Assembly (NCBI GenBank): GCA_001723645.1
Contig: MDLC01000015.1
Location: forward strand, 1 to 57,238
DNA from: Candidatus Endobugula sertula
GTDB lineage: Bacteria; Pseudomonadota; Gammaproteobacteria; Pseudomonadales; Cellvibrionaceae
Direction of reading: 5' to 3'
Length of the DNA: 57,238 nucleotides
Position 1 is the first letter of the stretch. Every line of letters begins with the position of its first letter. The notes below the pieces were generated by a model. That model was not told the origin of the DNA, searched no databases, and saw only the letters and a program-made list of their open reading frames with translations. Both the position numbers and the translations under genes were made by a program. Of the stretch, positions 22,050-32,936 are shown in pieces.

Positions 22050-22997
22050 TTGTTTTTTATGCATTACTTAACTCTGAGTTTCTCTATGAACGTTCGTCGC
22101 TTCCTATTATGGCTTTTATTGTTTATGGCTTTATTTCCTGCTTTTGCCGAGCAGACGGGCGTTTCAACTCCAATCCCTGTCGCAGCCACAACCCCAACGA
22201 TAATAACCAGTATTCGACCTTTGGGCTTGTTGGCAAAGGCGGTTGTGGGACAATACGCTAAGGTCGATATATTGATGGAAACGTCTTTTTCGGCCCATCA
22301 TTACTCACTGACTGTATCAGATCGACAGAATATATTATCTGCAGATATTGTGCTATGGGTGGGAGATGCATTAGAAACCGTATTGAAAAAGCCTTTACAT
22401 CAACGCCAGAAAACGACTATTCAGGCGATGAAACTATCCGGGATAACATGGCCTGATCGTCAGGAACATCATCATGGCCCTGACGAGTATCACAGTGATC
22501 ATGACCCTCATATATGGCTAAATCCATTAAATAATATTGTCGTTATTGATGCCTTGCTTAAACAGTTGTCCCTAGATTTTCCGCAGTATGCTGATATGTA
22601 TCAGCACAATGCCAATACCTTAAAGCAAGGACTAGTGAATTTGGATAAACGGTTACAACACACTATGTTGCCTCTTCAAGAACGTAGCTTCATCGTAGCT
22701 CATCCGGCTTATTCTCACTTTGTTGAGCGATATAATCTACAACAATTAGCCTATATTACTTTGACCCCAGAGCGCATGGTGGGGGCAAGGCATCTTTATC
22801 GGTTACGTCAGCAATCACGCGTTCGATGTGTTTTTCAGGATTATGGTATTCAATCACCCAGTGTAAAAAAACTGGCTAAGGACCTCAGTGTCCCTTTATT
22901 AAGGCTTGATCCATTGGGCTTTAAAAGTGCTACGTTAATCCAGCTTATTGAACAGCTTGGAATCGATTTTCATCATTGTCTCGCAGAGACTAGGTAA
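22050..22997 (+). CDS. znuA: Periplasmic zinc-binding protein with His-rich loop
   Basis: Signal peptide, ZnuA family, His-rich insert HHHGPDEYHSDHDPH. Confidence 0.85.
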   Translation: MFFMHYLTLSFSMNVRRFLLWLLLFMALFPAFAEQTGVSTPIPVAATTPTIITSIRPLGLLAKAVVGQYAKVDILMETSFSAHHYSLTVSDRQNILSADIVLWVGDALETVLKKPLHQRQKTTIQAMKLSGITWPDRQEHHHGPDEYHSDHDPHIWLNPLNNIVVIDALLKQLSLDFPQYADMYQHNANTLKQGLVNLDKRLQHTMLPLQERSFIVAHPAYSHFVERYNLQQLAYITLTPERMVGARHLYRLRQQSRVRCVFQDYGIQSPSVKKLAKDLSVPLLRLDPLGFKSATLIQLIEQLGIDFHHCLAETR

Positions 22998-23495
22998 TAC
23001 AATACGCTTGCTTTGTCGATAAACGCACTCAGTGCATTGTATCTGCAGTATCAAGTGATCTAAATGATCATTGAACTTTCGCAGAACACGAATAGGAGGA
23101 CGGGAAAACGGAAAAAAGCCCTGTACTTAATCTGCTTTATTTAAAGATAAAAGCGTAATCAAGTACAGGGAAAAGGGGTTCACTTAACCAATTAGCAATC
23201 ATGCTAATATGTTACCTATGGTAACAATAAATATATTTAGCAGCAATAGATTTCTTGGGTCTATAAATAATTTTGTGTAATCAGTCATGATTAAATAGAA
23301 ATAAAACTATAGCTATAACGTGAGATCTTAACAAGCGATCTGAATTGATCAAAGACGATATTTTTAGAGAAGAAAGACCCATTGAACTAGGGCTTGTCCA
23401 CACTCAATGACGGCCTAGTTTTATCCAAATGTTGATCTATACCTAGCCTTTTCTTTATGATCAACAGCCCTTTACCCATTTAAGAAGTATACCCT

Positions 23496-26201
23496 ATGAC
23501 CGCTCCCCTTATTCTTGTCGATGGTTCCTCTTATCTTTACCGTGCGTTTCATGCCATGTTTAAGGCAGACTTGCGCAATTCCCAGGGTGAGCCTACAGGA
23601 GCCATACGCACGGTTACCAGTATGTTACGGCGCCTACAGAAAGATTATCCCGATAGCGTGGTGGCTGTTATTTTTGATGCCAAAGGTAAGACATTTCGAG
23701 ATGATATTTTTCCCGAATATAAGGCTAATCGTCCATCAATGCCCGATGATTTAAAGTCACAGGTTGAACCAGTACATCAAATTATTCGCAATATGGGTTT
23801 ATCCCTGTTAGTGGTTGATGGCGTTGAAGCAGATGATGTGATTGGAACACTGGCTCATCAAGCAACACAACAAGGTATGAACGTGATTGTTTCTACTGGC
23901 GATAAAGATATGGCCCAACTGGTTAACGAGCATGTGATGTTGGTGAATACTATGACTGAAACGATGATGGATGTTGCTGGAGTCGAGGATAAATTCGGTA
24001 TTCCACCTGCGCTAATTATCGATTTTCTTGCATTAACGGGAGATAAAGTCGATAACATTCCTGGTGTTCCTGGTGTCGGAGAAAAAACAGCATTGGCTTT
24101 GCTGCGGAATATTGGTGGTATTGAGGCGATTTATCAAAATCTTGAGAGTATTCGTGAGCTGGATTTCCGTGGTGCAAAGACTATACATAAAAAACTCGAA
24201 GAGCACGAAGAGATGGTACGTCTCTCCTACACCCTAGCGACAATTAAAACGGATGTTGCTCTGGGTTTGGGTCCTAAGGATTTAGTGCAGGAAGAGGAAA
24301 ATGTTGAGGCTTTACGCGAGCTTTATGAGCGCTATGAATTTAAACCTTGGCTCCAGGAACTGAATGGTAATGATTTAGAAAAAGCGTCTAGCCCTATCGA
24401 TTATGACACTGTGCTGACCGAAGGTGCTTTACAGCAATGGATTAATCACTTGGAGCAGGCAGAGTTATTTGCTTTTGATACAGAAACGACCAGCCTGGAC
24501 TATATGGAAGCCCGTGTTGTGGGGGTTTCTTTTGCGGTTGAATCTGGCAAGGCCGCCTATGTACCATGTGGCCATGACTACCTGGATGCACCTGAGCAGC
24601 TGTCTTTAGATTACGTTTTAGAGAAATTGAAACCTTTGCTGGAAAACCCCAACAAAGCTAAAGTTGGACAAAATCTTAAATACGATCGCAATGTGTTGCT
24701 CAATCACGAAGTAGAGCTACAAGGGATCGCTTTCGACACCATGTTAGAATCCTATATTTATCACTCTACAGCTACCCGCCACGATATGGATAGCTTGGCG
24801 TGCTTTTATCTGGATAAATCGACGATCCATTTTGAAGATATTGCGGGGAAAGGAGCCAAGCAACTCACCTTTAACCAGATCCCCCTTGAACAGGCAGCTC
24901 CCTACGCTGCGGAAGACGCGGACATTACTTTGCAGTTGCATCAAACATTGTGGCCAAAATTACAGCAGAAAGCGAGTTTGGGGAATGTATTTAGATCGAT
25001 AGAGCTACCCCTGATACCCGTTATTTCCAGAATGGAACGTCAGGGAGCACTTATTGATGCAGCCCTGCTGGGTGAGCACAGCCTTGAACTTGATAATCGA
25101 TTAAATATCTTGCAAAAAACAGCCTTTGATTTGGCGGGAGAAGCATTTAATTTAAGTTCTCCCAAACAATTGGGGGCTATTTTATTTGAGAAGCTGGCAT
25201 TACCTGTTATTAAGAAAACGCCCAAAGGGGCACCCTCAACGGCAGAAGAAGTATTGCAAGAATTGGCCTTGGATTACCCTTTACCAAAAGTGTTGATTGA
25301 ATATCGTAGTTTAGCCAAATTGAAGTCCACTTATACCGATAAATTACCGCAAATGATTAAGCCCCAAACGGGAAGGATCCATACATCATACCATCAGGCG
25401 GTAACAGCGACCGGACGTTTATCGTCTTCAGACCCTAATTTACAAAATATCCCCATTCGCAATCCGGAGGGTCGACGTATTCGACAGGCTTTCATTGCAC
25501 CCGATGGGTATCAGATAGTCGCGGCTGATTATTCACAGATTGAATTGCGTATTATGGCTCATCTATCAGGGGATAAAGGGTTAACAGAGGCCTTTAATCA
25601 TGGGTTGGATGTCCATAGAGCGACTGCGGCGGAAGTGTTTGATGTGGCACTTGATCATGTAACAGATGAGCAGCGTCGCAGTGCAAAGGCCATCAACTTC
25701 GGATTAATTTATGGTATGTCGGCTTTTGGGCTTGGTAAACAATTGGGCTTAGGGCGCAATGATGCTCAGCAATATATCGACTTGTATTTTGAACGCTACC
25801 CTGGTGTAAAAGATTATATGGACTGCATTCGGCAGCAGGCGGCAAAACAGGGTTATGTAGAAACCTTAATGGGGCGCCGCTTATACTTGCCTGATATTAG
25901 TGCCAATAACAATGTGCGTAAACAGGCGACTGAGCGCACAGCCATTAACGCACCAATGCAGGGGACTGCTGCAGATATTATAAAAACAGCGATGATACGC
26001 GTGGATCAATGGTTGATGGCAGAAAAGGTGAATGCCTGTATGATTATGCAGGTTCACGATGAGTTAGTTCTTGAGGTGAAAACCTCTGATACTATGCGAG
26101 TGAGCCAACAGTTGGCTAAAATCATGTCTGAAGCGGTAACATTATCCGTTCCCCTTGTGGTTGATGTAGGTTTTGGAGATAATTGGGACCAAGCGCACTA
26201 A
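23496..26201 (+). CDS. polA: DNA polymerase I
   Basis: 901 aa with 5'-3' exonuclease, 3'-5' exonuclease and polymerase motifs ([16 protein letters not shown]). Confidence 0.95.
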   Translation: MTAPLILVDGSSYLYRAFHAMFKADLRNSQGEPTGAIRTVTSMLRRLQKDYPDSVVAVIFDAKGKTFRDDIFPEYKANRPSMPDDLKSQVEPVHQIIRNMGLSLLVVDGVEADDVIGTLAHQATQQGMNVIVSTGDKDMAQLVNEHVMLVNTMTETMMDVAGVEDKFGIPPALIIDFLALTGDKVDNIPGVPGVGEKTALALLRNIGGIEAIYQNLESIRELDFRGAKTIHKKLEEHEEMVRLSYTLATIKTDVALGLGPKDLVQEEENVEALRELYERYEFKPWLQELNGNDLEKASSPIDYDTVLTEGALQQWINHLEQAELFAFDTETTSLDYMEARVVGVSFAVESGKAAYVPCGHDYLDAPEQLSLDYVLEKLKPLLENPNKAKVGQNLKYDRNVLLNHEVELQGIAFDTMLESYIYHSTATRHDMDSLACFYLDKSTIHFEDIAGKGAKQLTFNQIPLEQAAPYAAEDADITLQLHQTLWPKLQQKASLGNVFRSIELPLIPVISRMERQGALIDAALLGEHSLELDNRLNILQKTAFDLAGEAFNLSSPKQLGAILFEKLALPVIKKTPKGAPSTAEEVLQELALDYPLPKVLIEYRSLAKLKSTYTDKLPQMIKPQTGRIHTSYHQAVTATGRLSSSDPNLQNIPIRNPEGRRIRQAFIAPDGYQIVAADYSQIELRIMAHLSGDKGLTEAFNHGLDVHRATAAEVFDVALDHVTDEQRRSAKAINFGLIYGMSAFGLGKQLGLGRNDAQQYIDLYFERYPGVKDYMDCIRQQAAKQGYVETLMGRRLYLPDISANNNVRKQATERTAINAPMQGTAADIIKTAMIRVDQWLMAEKVNACMIMQVHDELVLEVKTSDTMRVSQQLAKIMSEAVTLSVPLVVDVGFGDNWDQAH

Positions 26202-26297
26202 CTGTTAGCCGATTGACTTTTTTAAAGTTAACAGCTCCTATGTAAAAATAGTTCAAAAAAAATTGTATTTTTTTGAACTTCTGCAAAAAAGCATAGT

Positions 26298-26423
26298 CAT
26301 ACACTATGTCCTTAACCCCAACTGCTCTTCAGGCCCCTAAGCAAAAGAGCAAATATTAGCCACAACAACGTAGAATTTGTTATCTCTATGGCACCCCAGC
26401 TTTTTAGCTGGGGTTTTCTTTAT
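26298..26423 (+). ncRNA. spf: Spot 42-like sRNA (spf) with rho-independent terminator
   Basis: Sits downstream of polA as in enterics. AATATTAGCCACAACA resembles Spot 42 AATATTTTAGCCGCC. Terminal hairpin CCCCAGCTTTTTAGCTGGGG is followed by TTTTCTTT. Confidence 0.45.
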
Positions 26424-26663
26424 GTTCTCAATGTATTAGAGTCATTTATTAAGGTTAGTTCGAGTAAAAACATAGAAATAGGTAGACTACGTTAGATATC
26501 AAGGGATTCACGTATCATTACTTGTTTTGTGCAAAAAGCAGCCAAACTTCACGAATTTTGCTATTTATAGCGCCTTTACAGAAAAAAAATTTGACTTCTC
26601 ATGCCTGTAACTATATAAAAAGCGCTCTTCATACACTAACCAATAATATTAGGGGGCAAAATA

Positions 26664-27737
26664 ATGAAGAAAGCTCTTTTAGCATTAGCAGTTGCGGGTG
26701 CAGCTGTGTCGGCACAGGCTGACGTAAAACTATCGGGTCATGTACAAACGTCTTTTGGTGACATCGAAGAATTTGGTCAAACTGTTGATACAGCAACTGG
26801 TGCGGTTTCTAATACCAACGAAGAAAGTTTTTCTGTAAATAATACAGCCACGTCACAATCGCGATTCCGTATTACGTCTAGCAAAGAAGCTGGCGGTATT
26901 ACTTATGGTACTAATATAGAAGTTGGTTTGCGTGAAGGTGGTGGTACTAACTTACGTACTCGTAAGAACGAAGTAACCATGGCGGGTAGTTTTGGTAAGG
27001 TAAGTATTGGTCACGGTTCTGAATCATCTGATGGTGCTGTTGAAAGCTCATTCAGTTCTACGTGGGTAACCTGGGATGATCTCAGTAACTATGAAGTTGG
27101 TTATGCGGACCTTAGTACAACTACGAATGAATTCGGCATCTATGAAGTGATTGATGGTAATCGTACTAATCGTATTCGCTATGACTCTCCAAAAATTGCT
27201 GGCGTATTAACGTTCTCCGGTGATATACAGGATGATGATGATCTTGTTTTTGCTGCTCGTGCCGGAAATAGCAATTTCGCTGGTGCTTTGTATCATTTAG
27301 CAAGAGATGCTGATAATGCTGATGAGTTTGGTGGTTCTATCGCTATTAAATCGGGTATTTTTGTTGCGTCATACGGTTTTGCGGAGCGTGATGCTGCCAA
27401 TACTCCTGGTACGGCTGTAGCAGCAGGTGGTGCAGTGTCTGGGGCTGATGAGTCAGAAGCCGAATATAGTGTATTTAATATCGGTATTGAAACAGCCACC
27501 TATGGCTTAACCCTTGATATGCAAAACATTGAGTTAGATAACAATCGTGCTGATAATGTGGCTGGTGAAGTTTCTACTGTTGGTTTAAATTTTACTTACA
27601 AGCCAACCTCTGGTGTTACACTTTTTGCGGACATTCATAGGATTGAAGCGGACACTACTTCTGTAAATGCACAGCTTGCTGGTGTGAATGGTGTTAGTGG
27701 TAATGGTGCTACAGCCGGTGCTCGCATCACTTTCTAA
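26664..27737 (+). CDS. Outer-membrane porin, probably phosphate-regulated (sits upstream of pst)
   Basis: Signal peptide (AVSAQA), alternating beta-strand pattern, C-terminal F. Confidence 0.65.
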   Translation: MKKALLALAVAGAAVSAQADVKLSGHVQTSFGDIEEFGQTVDTATGAVSNTNEESFSVNNTATSQSRFRITSSKEAGGITYGTNIEVGLREGGGTNLRTRKNEVTMAGSFGKVSIGHGSESSDGAVESSFSSTWVTWDDLSNYEVGYADLSTTTNEFGIYEVIDGNRTNRIRYDSPKIAGVLTFSGDIQDDDDLVFAARAGNSNFAGALYHLARDADNADEFGGSIAIKSGIFVASYGFAERDAANTPGTAVAAGGAVSGADESEAEYSVFNIGIETATYGLTLDMQNIELDNNRADNVAGEVSTVGLNFTYKPTSGVTLFADIHRIEADTTSVNAQLAGVNGVSGNGATAGARITF

Positions 27738-27788
27738 TTGTAAGTAGTTTTGATAACCAAAAGTTAGAGAGATATTATATAGAAAAAG

Positions 27789-27826
27789 CGCATCATTCTT
27801 TGAGTGGTGCGCTTTTTTGTCGATTA
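27789..27826 (+). terminator. Rho-independent terminator after the porin gene
   Basis: GCGCA...TGCGC stem followed by TTTTTTG. Confidence 0.5.
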
Positions 27827-27915
27827 CCGCTCAGGTTGCAGTGCTTATAAAAACCTATTACAATAGTCGGCCTTGGTAATACTCTCACTTAACAAACCAT
27901 TGCTGCTCTCTTTTT

Positions 27916-28272
27916 ATGCCATCTATTGTTGTATTTTTTTTAATCGTTATGACTTCTTTTATGATCGGTTGTTCCGGTGGCGTTGCTACCGATAATGAAT
28001 TAGCGGCACCTCAGGATCGAATCGCTCCTGGAGTTTTTACGGGCTCTAGTGGTGAGTTTTCGGTGACTAAGTATTTTAGTGATGAAGCCAAACGCAAGAA
28101 AAGCGGTGGGTATTATATTCTCGATCTTAAAGGTGCTCCTCCAATGTCTGAGGAAGAGTTTAAAGAGTTTGAAAGCTTCCGTGCATGGTTACGTTCAAAA
28201 GAAAAAGAATCTTCCGAATATAAAGAATACCAACAATGGCGAGCTACTCAGCAATCGTCTCCATCGAGCTAG
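27916..28272 (+). CDS. Lipoprotein (118 aa)
   Basis: Lipobox MIGCSGG after the signal peptide. Confidence 0.4.
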   Translation: MPSIVVFFLIVMTSFMIGCSGGVATDNELAAPQDRIAPGVFTGSSGEFSVTKYFSDEAKRKKSGGYYILDLKGAPPMSEEEFKEFESFRAWLRSKEKESSEYKEYQQWRATQQSSPSS

Positions 28273-28449
28273 TCTGCACATAATAGCTACAATGAAGCTT
28301 CAGCTTCTTTCTGTATAGAGGTCTATTATTTTAAGTGCTATTTATTGGCTTTTGGTCATAAAAGTGTCATATTTTGTGGCTATCATCTTCCCATTCTTTA
28401 TAATATAGATCCACTGCGTTACCCAGCGAGTCTTATTCTGGTATAAACG

Positions 28450-29862
28450 ATGAATTTTTCTACATTATTTACCTTTATTCTGCTGGGTGTGGCCGTTGTC
28501 TATTATCTGTGCCAGTATCGCTCTCTCAGCATTGCTAAACAAATGGGAGGACTTAAACACCTACACTCCTTACCAGTATTTTATGGTATGCAAGCTGCCA
28601 TATGGTGCGCTATTCCCTGTATCATTATTTTTACGTTATGGACAATTCTTGACGATTCAATAATCCGTCAACTTACCTTACAGTACTTGACCGAAGAGCA
28701 GCAGCGTCTTCCACAGGGGGAGCTGATATTATTACTAAGCTCTATTGAGAACATAGCTCAAGGTACATCACTCCAGCAAGACCCACAAATGTTGGCTATC
28801 GCTGAGCGAGTTAATGATTTCCAACGAATTAGTCAACTTGCGTTAACGGTTATTGTGCTTTGCGCCGTTATTATCCTAGGTTCCTGGCGTTGGATGCGAG
28901 TTAGCGCGGCTAACAACGCGCGTAATAGTGTTGAGCGTACTTTTATGGTGTCTTTGTTCGTCTGTTCAATGATCGCTATTATCACCACTATTGGTATTGT
29001 ATTTTCCGTTTTATTTGAGTCTATTCGTTTTTTCCAAATCATACCCATCCATGAGTTTGTTTTTGGCGCCCAATGGAGCCCTCAGTTGTCTATTCGTGAA
29101 GATCAGGTGGGCAGCTCAGGTGCATTTGGTGCTGTGCCCCTATTTACAGGGACATTGTTGATTTCGGCTATCGCCATGTTAGTTGCAGTACCTACTGGTT
29201 TAATGACAGCCATTTATTTATCGGAATATGCCAATGCTAAACTAAGAGGTATTGTTAAGCCATTATTAGAAATATTGGCAGGTATTCCTACGGTCGTTTA
29301 TGGTTTTTTTGCGGCTTTAACCATTGCGCCAATGATTAAAAATAGTTTGCATGGTTTTGACCTTTCTTTATTGGGTATAAGTTTGGGGGTGTTGGACGTT
29401 TCAGGGGAAAGTGCTTTGGCAGCGGGTTTGGTAATGGGAGTGATGATTATTCCATTTGTTTCTTCGCTTTCTGATGATGTCATTAATGCGGTTCCCCAGT
29501 CGTTGCGTGATGGTGCTTATGGTTTGGGCTCAACCCAATCGGAAACCGTTAAAAAAGTGGTTTTTCCCGCTGCTTTACCGGGTATCGTCGGCGCCATACT
29601 GTTGGCAGTATCCCGTGCTATTGGAGAAACTATGATTGTCGTGATGGCTGTCGGTACGGCAGCGAAGCTGACATTCAATCCGCTAGAGTCGGTAACCACG
29701 GTGACAGTGCAAATGACAACCTTGCTCATTGGTGACCATGAATTTGATAGTGCAAAAACGTTAGCTGCTTTTGCTTTGGGTCTGGTACTGTTTATCCTAA
29801 CGTTGGGACTTAACTTCATTGCGCTTCGCATCGTAAAAAAATATCGTGAGCAATATGACTAA
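28450..29862 (+). CDS. pstC: Phosphate ABC transporter permease PstC (long N-terminal extension)
   Basis: PstC family. 470 aa. Confidence 0.85.
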   Translation: MNFSTLFTFILLGVAVVYYLCQYRSLSIAKQMGGLKHLHSLPVFYGMQAAIWCAIPCIIIFTLWTILDDSIIRQLTLQYLTEEQQRLPQGELILLLSSIENIAQGTSLQQDPQMLAIAERVNDFQRISQLALTVIVLCAVIILGSWRWMRVSAANNARNSVERTFMVSLFVCSMIAIITTIGIVFSVLFESIRFFQIIPIHEFVFGAQWSPQLSIREDQVGSSGAFGAVPLFTGTLLISAIAMLVAVPTGLMTAIYLSEYANAKLRGIVKPLLEILAGIPTVVYGFFAALTIAPMIKNSLHGFDLSLLGISLGVLDVSGESALAAGLVMGVMIIPFVSSLSDDVINAVPQSLRDGAYGLGSTQSETVKKVVFPAALPGIVGAILLAVSRAIGETMIVVMAVGTAAKLTFNPLESVTTVTVQMTTLLIGDHEFDSAKTLAAFALGLVLFILTLGLNFIALRIVKKYREQYD

Positions 29863-31147
29863 TCAAACAATAAAAACGATTGATCGCGTTAACTTAACGC
29901 TGAAAACACGCCATCGTGCAGAAAAGCGTTTCCGTTTATATGGTATGGTTTCTATTGCGTTTGGTTTACTTTGCTTATTGTTTTTATTTAGTAATATTAT
30001 TGGCAAAGGTATGCGAGGTTTTACTTATCACTATCTCATTTTATCGGTTGAACTTGATGCATCGGTTCTCGGTATTACCGATCCTAATGATTTAGATCAA
30101 ATCTTAGCAGCCAATTATTCAGGGCTTATTAAAAAAGCGGCGTATCGCTATTTTCAAGTGAATGAGCGCAAAGCTAAAAAGAAAGTGCGTAAATTGTTGG
30201 CCATTGATGGAACTGGATATCTGTTACAGAATAAACTCAAGCAAGGTAACGTGTCTGAATTATTGGGCACAAAAGTAACCATATTAGCTCTGGTTGATGA
30301 TAAAGTGGATTATTACCTGAAGCGTTTGGGGGAACCTGATGAGCCTGGAAAGCAAGCGTTTGATGATCAGCAGTTACGGTGGATAGACACTGCAAAAGAA
30401 GCCGGAGATCTTAAACACAAAATCAATTGGGCATTTTTTAGTACCGGCGACTCATCACACTCCGAAGAGGCGGGCATTCGTGGTGCGGTCATGGGATCAT
30501 TCTATCTGTTGTTGGTAACTTTTCTATTGTCGTTTCCGATTGGCATTGCCGCTGCCATTTATCTGGAGGAGTATGCGCCTACAAACAGATGGACTGATTT
30601 GATTGAGGTGAATATTAATAATCTGGCGGCGGTACCTTCTATTATTTTCGGTCTGCTTGGTTTAGCGATATTTTTATCGTTTTTTGGTTTTCCTCGCTCA
30701 ACACCTCTGGTAGGCGGTTTTGTATTAACACTGATGACTTTGCCGACAATTATTATTTCTAGTCGGGCAGCGATTAAAGCGGTTCCCCCTTCTATTCGTC
30801 AGGCAGCTTATGGAATAGGAGCCTCCAAGATGCAAGTGACGTTACACCATGTATTACCTTTGGCAATGCCGGGCATGTTAACGGGAACCATTATTGGTCT
30901 GGCTCAAGCGTTAGGTGAAAGCGCTCCACTATTAATGATTGGTATGGCAGCATTTATTCCAGAAGTTCCAAATGGTGTTAGCGATCCAGCAACGGCCCTA
31001 CCAATGCAGATTTTCCAATGGTTTAGGAATGCTGATGCTGGTTTTAATGAAAAAGCGTCAGCTGCCATTTTAGTATTATTGATGTTTTTAATTTCTATGA
31101 ATATATTGGCTGTTTGGGCGCGTCGCCGCCTTGAAAGGCGTTGGTAG
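29846..31147 (+). CDS. pstA: Phosphate ABC transporter permease PstA
   Basis: PstA family. Overlaps the pstC stop. Confidence 0.85.
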   Translation: MSNMTNQTIKTIDRVNLTLKTRHRAEKRFRLYGMVSIAFGLLCLLFLFSNIIGKGMRGFTYHYLILSVELDASVLGITDPNDLDQILAANYSGLIKKAAYRYFQVNERKAKKKVRKLLAIDGTGYLLQNKLKQGNVSELLGTKVTILALVDDKVDYYLKRLGEPDEPGKQAFDDQQLRWIDTAKEAGDLKHKINWAFFSTGDSSHSEEAGIRGAVMGSFYLLLVTFLLSFPIGIAAAIYLEEYAPTNRWTDLIEVNINNLAAVPSIIFGLLGLAIFLSFFGFPRSTPLVGGFVLTLMTLPTIIISSRAAIKAVPPSIRQAAYGIGASKMQVTLHHVLPLAMPGMLTGTIIGLAQALGESAPLLMIGMAAFIPEVPNGVSDPATALPMQIFQWFRNADAGFNEKASAAILVLLMFLISMNILAVWARRRLERRW

Positions 31148-31212
31148 TCAGTAATAATTAAGCATTTATTTTGCAATATGACGAAAAGCGATAACGATAA
31201 TATTAGGCATGA

Positions 31213-32100
31213 TTGATAAACGACATCACAATGACAGAAATAAAGGGTGATATAGTGGTAGACCAAAAAACGACAATGACAACAAATAACAAGGTCGTGT
31301 TAGACGGTGATAACGATAAAACAGTCGGTGAGCCTTTTGTTGAAAATGCAAAAATGTCGATGCGTCACGTTAATGTATTTTATGGTGAAAAGCAGGCAAT
31401 TTTTGATGTTAATTTAGATATTGCCTCCAATCAAGTGGTTGCGATGATTGGTCCATCCGGGTGTGGTAAGTCGACGTTTTTACGTTGCTTAAACCGCATG
31501 AATGACACCATTAGTATTTGCCGTGTTGATGGAAAATTATTCTTGGAAGAACAAGACATTAACGACAAGAAAATGGATGTAGTGCCACTTCGTGCTCGTG
31601 TAGGAATGGTTTTTCAAAAACCGAATCCATTTCCAAAATCTATTTACGACAATGTAGCTTACGGGCCCCGTATCCACGGTCTAGCTGATCGTCGCTCCGA
31701 CTTGGATGAAATAGTGGAAACTAGTTTGCAAAAAGCAGGTTTATGGGATGAGGTCAAAGACCGTTTACACCAACCAGGAATCGGTCTATCAGGTGGCCAG
31801 CAGCAACGTTTATGTATTGCCCGAACCATTGCAGTGAGCCCAGAAGTTATTTTGATGGATGAACCCTGTTCGGCATTAGACCCTATTGCAACCGCAAAGA
31901 TTGAAGAACTCATTGATGAACTCAGCCAAAATTATACGATTGCCATCGTAACACACTCAATGCAACAGGCAGCTCGGGTTTCCCACAGAACAGCCTACTT
32001 TCATTTGGGTAAACTCATTGAAGTCAACGAAACTGAAAAAGTATTTACCAACCCAGATCACTCATTAACAGAAGCTTATATTACTGGACGTTTTGGTTGA
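31213..32100 (+). CDS. pstB: Phosphate ABC transporter ATPase PstB (true start probably the internal ATG at 31354)
   Basis: Walker [10 protein letters not shown] and LSGGQQQR. Canonical PstB proteins start near [11 protein letters not shown]. Confidence 0.85.
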   Translation: MINDITMTEIKGDIVVDQKTTMTTNNKVVLDGDNDKTVGEPFVENAKMSMRHVNVFYGEKQAIFDVNLDIASNQVVAMIGPSGCGKSTFLRCLNRMNDTISICRVDGKLFLEEQDINDKKMDVVPLRARVGMVFQKPNPFPKSIYDNVAYGPRIHGLADRRSDLDEIVETSLQKAGLWDEVKDRLHQPGIGLSGGQQQRLCIARTIAVSPEVILMDEPCSALDPIATAKIEELIDELSQNYTIAIVTHSMQQAARVSHRTAYFHLGKLIEVNETEKVFTNPDHSLTEAYITGRFG

Positions 32101-32123
32101 TTGCTGAAAATTTCTGGTAAGGC

Positions 32124-32852
32124 TTGGAGAAGACAATGGATAAATTAAATATTAATCAACATATCTCACAACAATATAACTCAGCATTAGATGACTTAAA
32201 GACGGAATTTTTAGCTCTAGGTGGTATTGTCGAGCAACAAATTATTAAAGCAGTAAAGTCAATTACTGATGTGGATGTTGATTTAGCAGCAGAGGTGATG
32301 GCGGTAGAAAAAGAGGTTGATAAGCGTGAAATAGTATTGGATGACCTATGTACACAGATTATTGCTCGTCGTCAGCCAACTGCTTCTGACTTGCGTTTGG
32401 TCATGGCAATATCGAAAGCTACACGAGACCTAGAACGTATGGGGGATGAAGCGAATAAGATTGCTAAAATGGCGATTGCTATTTCAGAATCTGAAACACT
32501 CCCACATGGCTTTAGTGAGCTGCGTAATCTGGGTCGTCAAGTACAAGATGAAGTTAATATTACATTAACTGCATTTGCTCGTTATGATGTGGATATGGCT
32601 CTTCAGGTTGTTGACAAGGATGAAGAAATCGATCGCGAGTATGCTACGGCTATGCGTGAGTTGATTACTTATATGATGGAAGATCCACGCAATATCAGTC
32701 GTGCAATGAGTATTATATGGTCATTGCGCTCTTTAGAGCGTATTGGTGACCATGCTGGTAATATTTCAGAGCAAGTGATTTATTTGGTAAAAGGTTTGGA
32801 TATTCGTCACAAAACAGCAGACGAAGTAGCCGAACAGGTTAGCCAGGATTGA
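32124..32852 (+). CDS. phoU: Phosphate signalling protein PhoU
   Basis: PhoU family duplicated helical domains. Confidence 0.9.
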   Translation: MEKTMDKLNINQHISQQYNSALDDLKTEFLALGGIVEQQIIKAVKSITDVDVDLAAEVMAVEKEVDKREIVLDDLCTQIIARRQPTASDLRLVMAISKATRDLERMGDEANKIAKMAIAISESETLPHGFSELRNLGRQVQDEVNITLTAFARYDVDMALQVVDKDEEIDREYATAMRELITYMMEDPRNISRAMSIIWSLRSLERIGDHAGNISEQVIYLVKGLDIRHKTADEVAEQVSQD

Positions 32853-32936
32853 TAGGATCACCTGTTATTTTTCAAAAGGTATCTACCCTATCTTGCTATC
32901 GCTCCTGCTTCGGCGCAGTGTCAGTGGTCAACGGAG

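Noticed and set aside
23120-23175. 10-bp inverted repeat CCCTGTACTT...AAGTACAGGG downstream of znuA
   Set aside because: No T-tract follows, and the 30-nt loop is too long for an intrinsic terminator. Possibly a protein-binding site or REP-like element, but no second copy seen in the window.
26243-26272. AT-rich palindrome GTTCAAAAAAAATTGTATTTTTTTGAAC as the polA terminator
   Set aside because: The stem is almost entirely A/T and unlikely to be a stable terminator. The GC hairpin at 26393-26420 followed by a T-run is the convincing terminator (assigned to the Spot 42-like sRNA).
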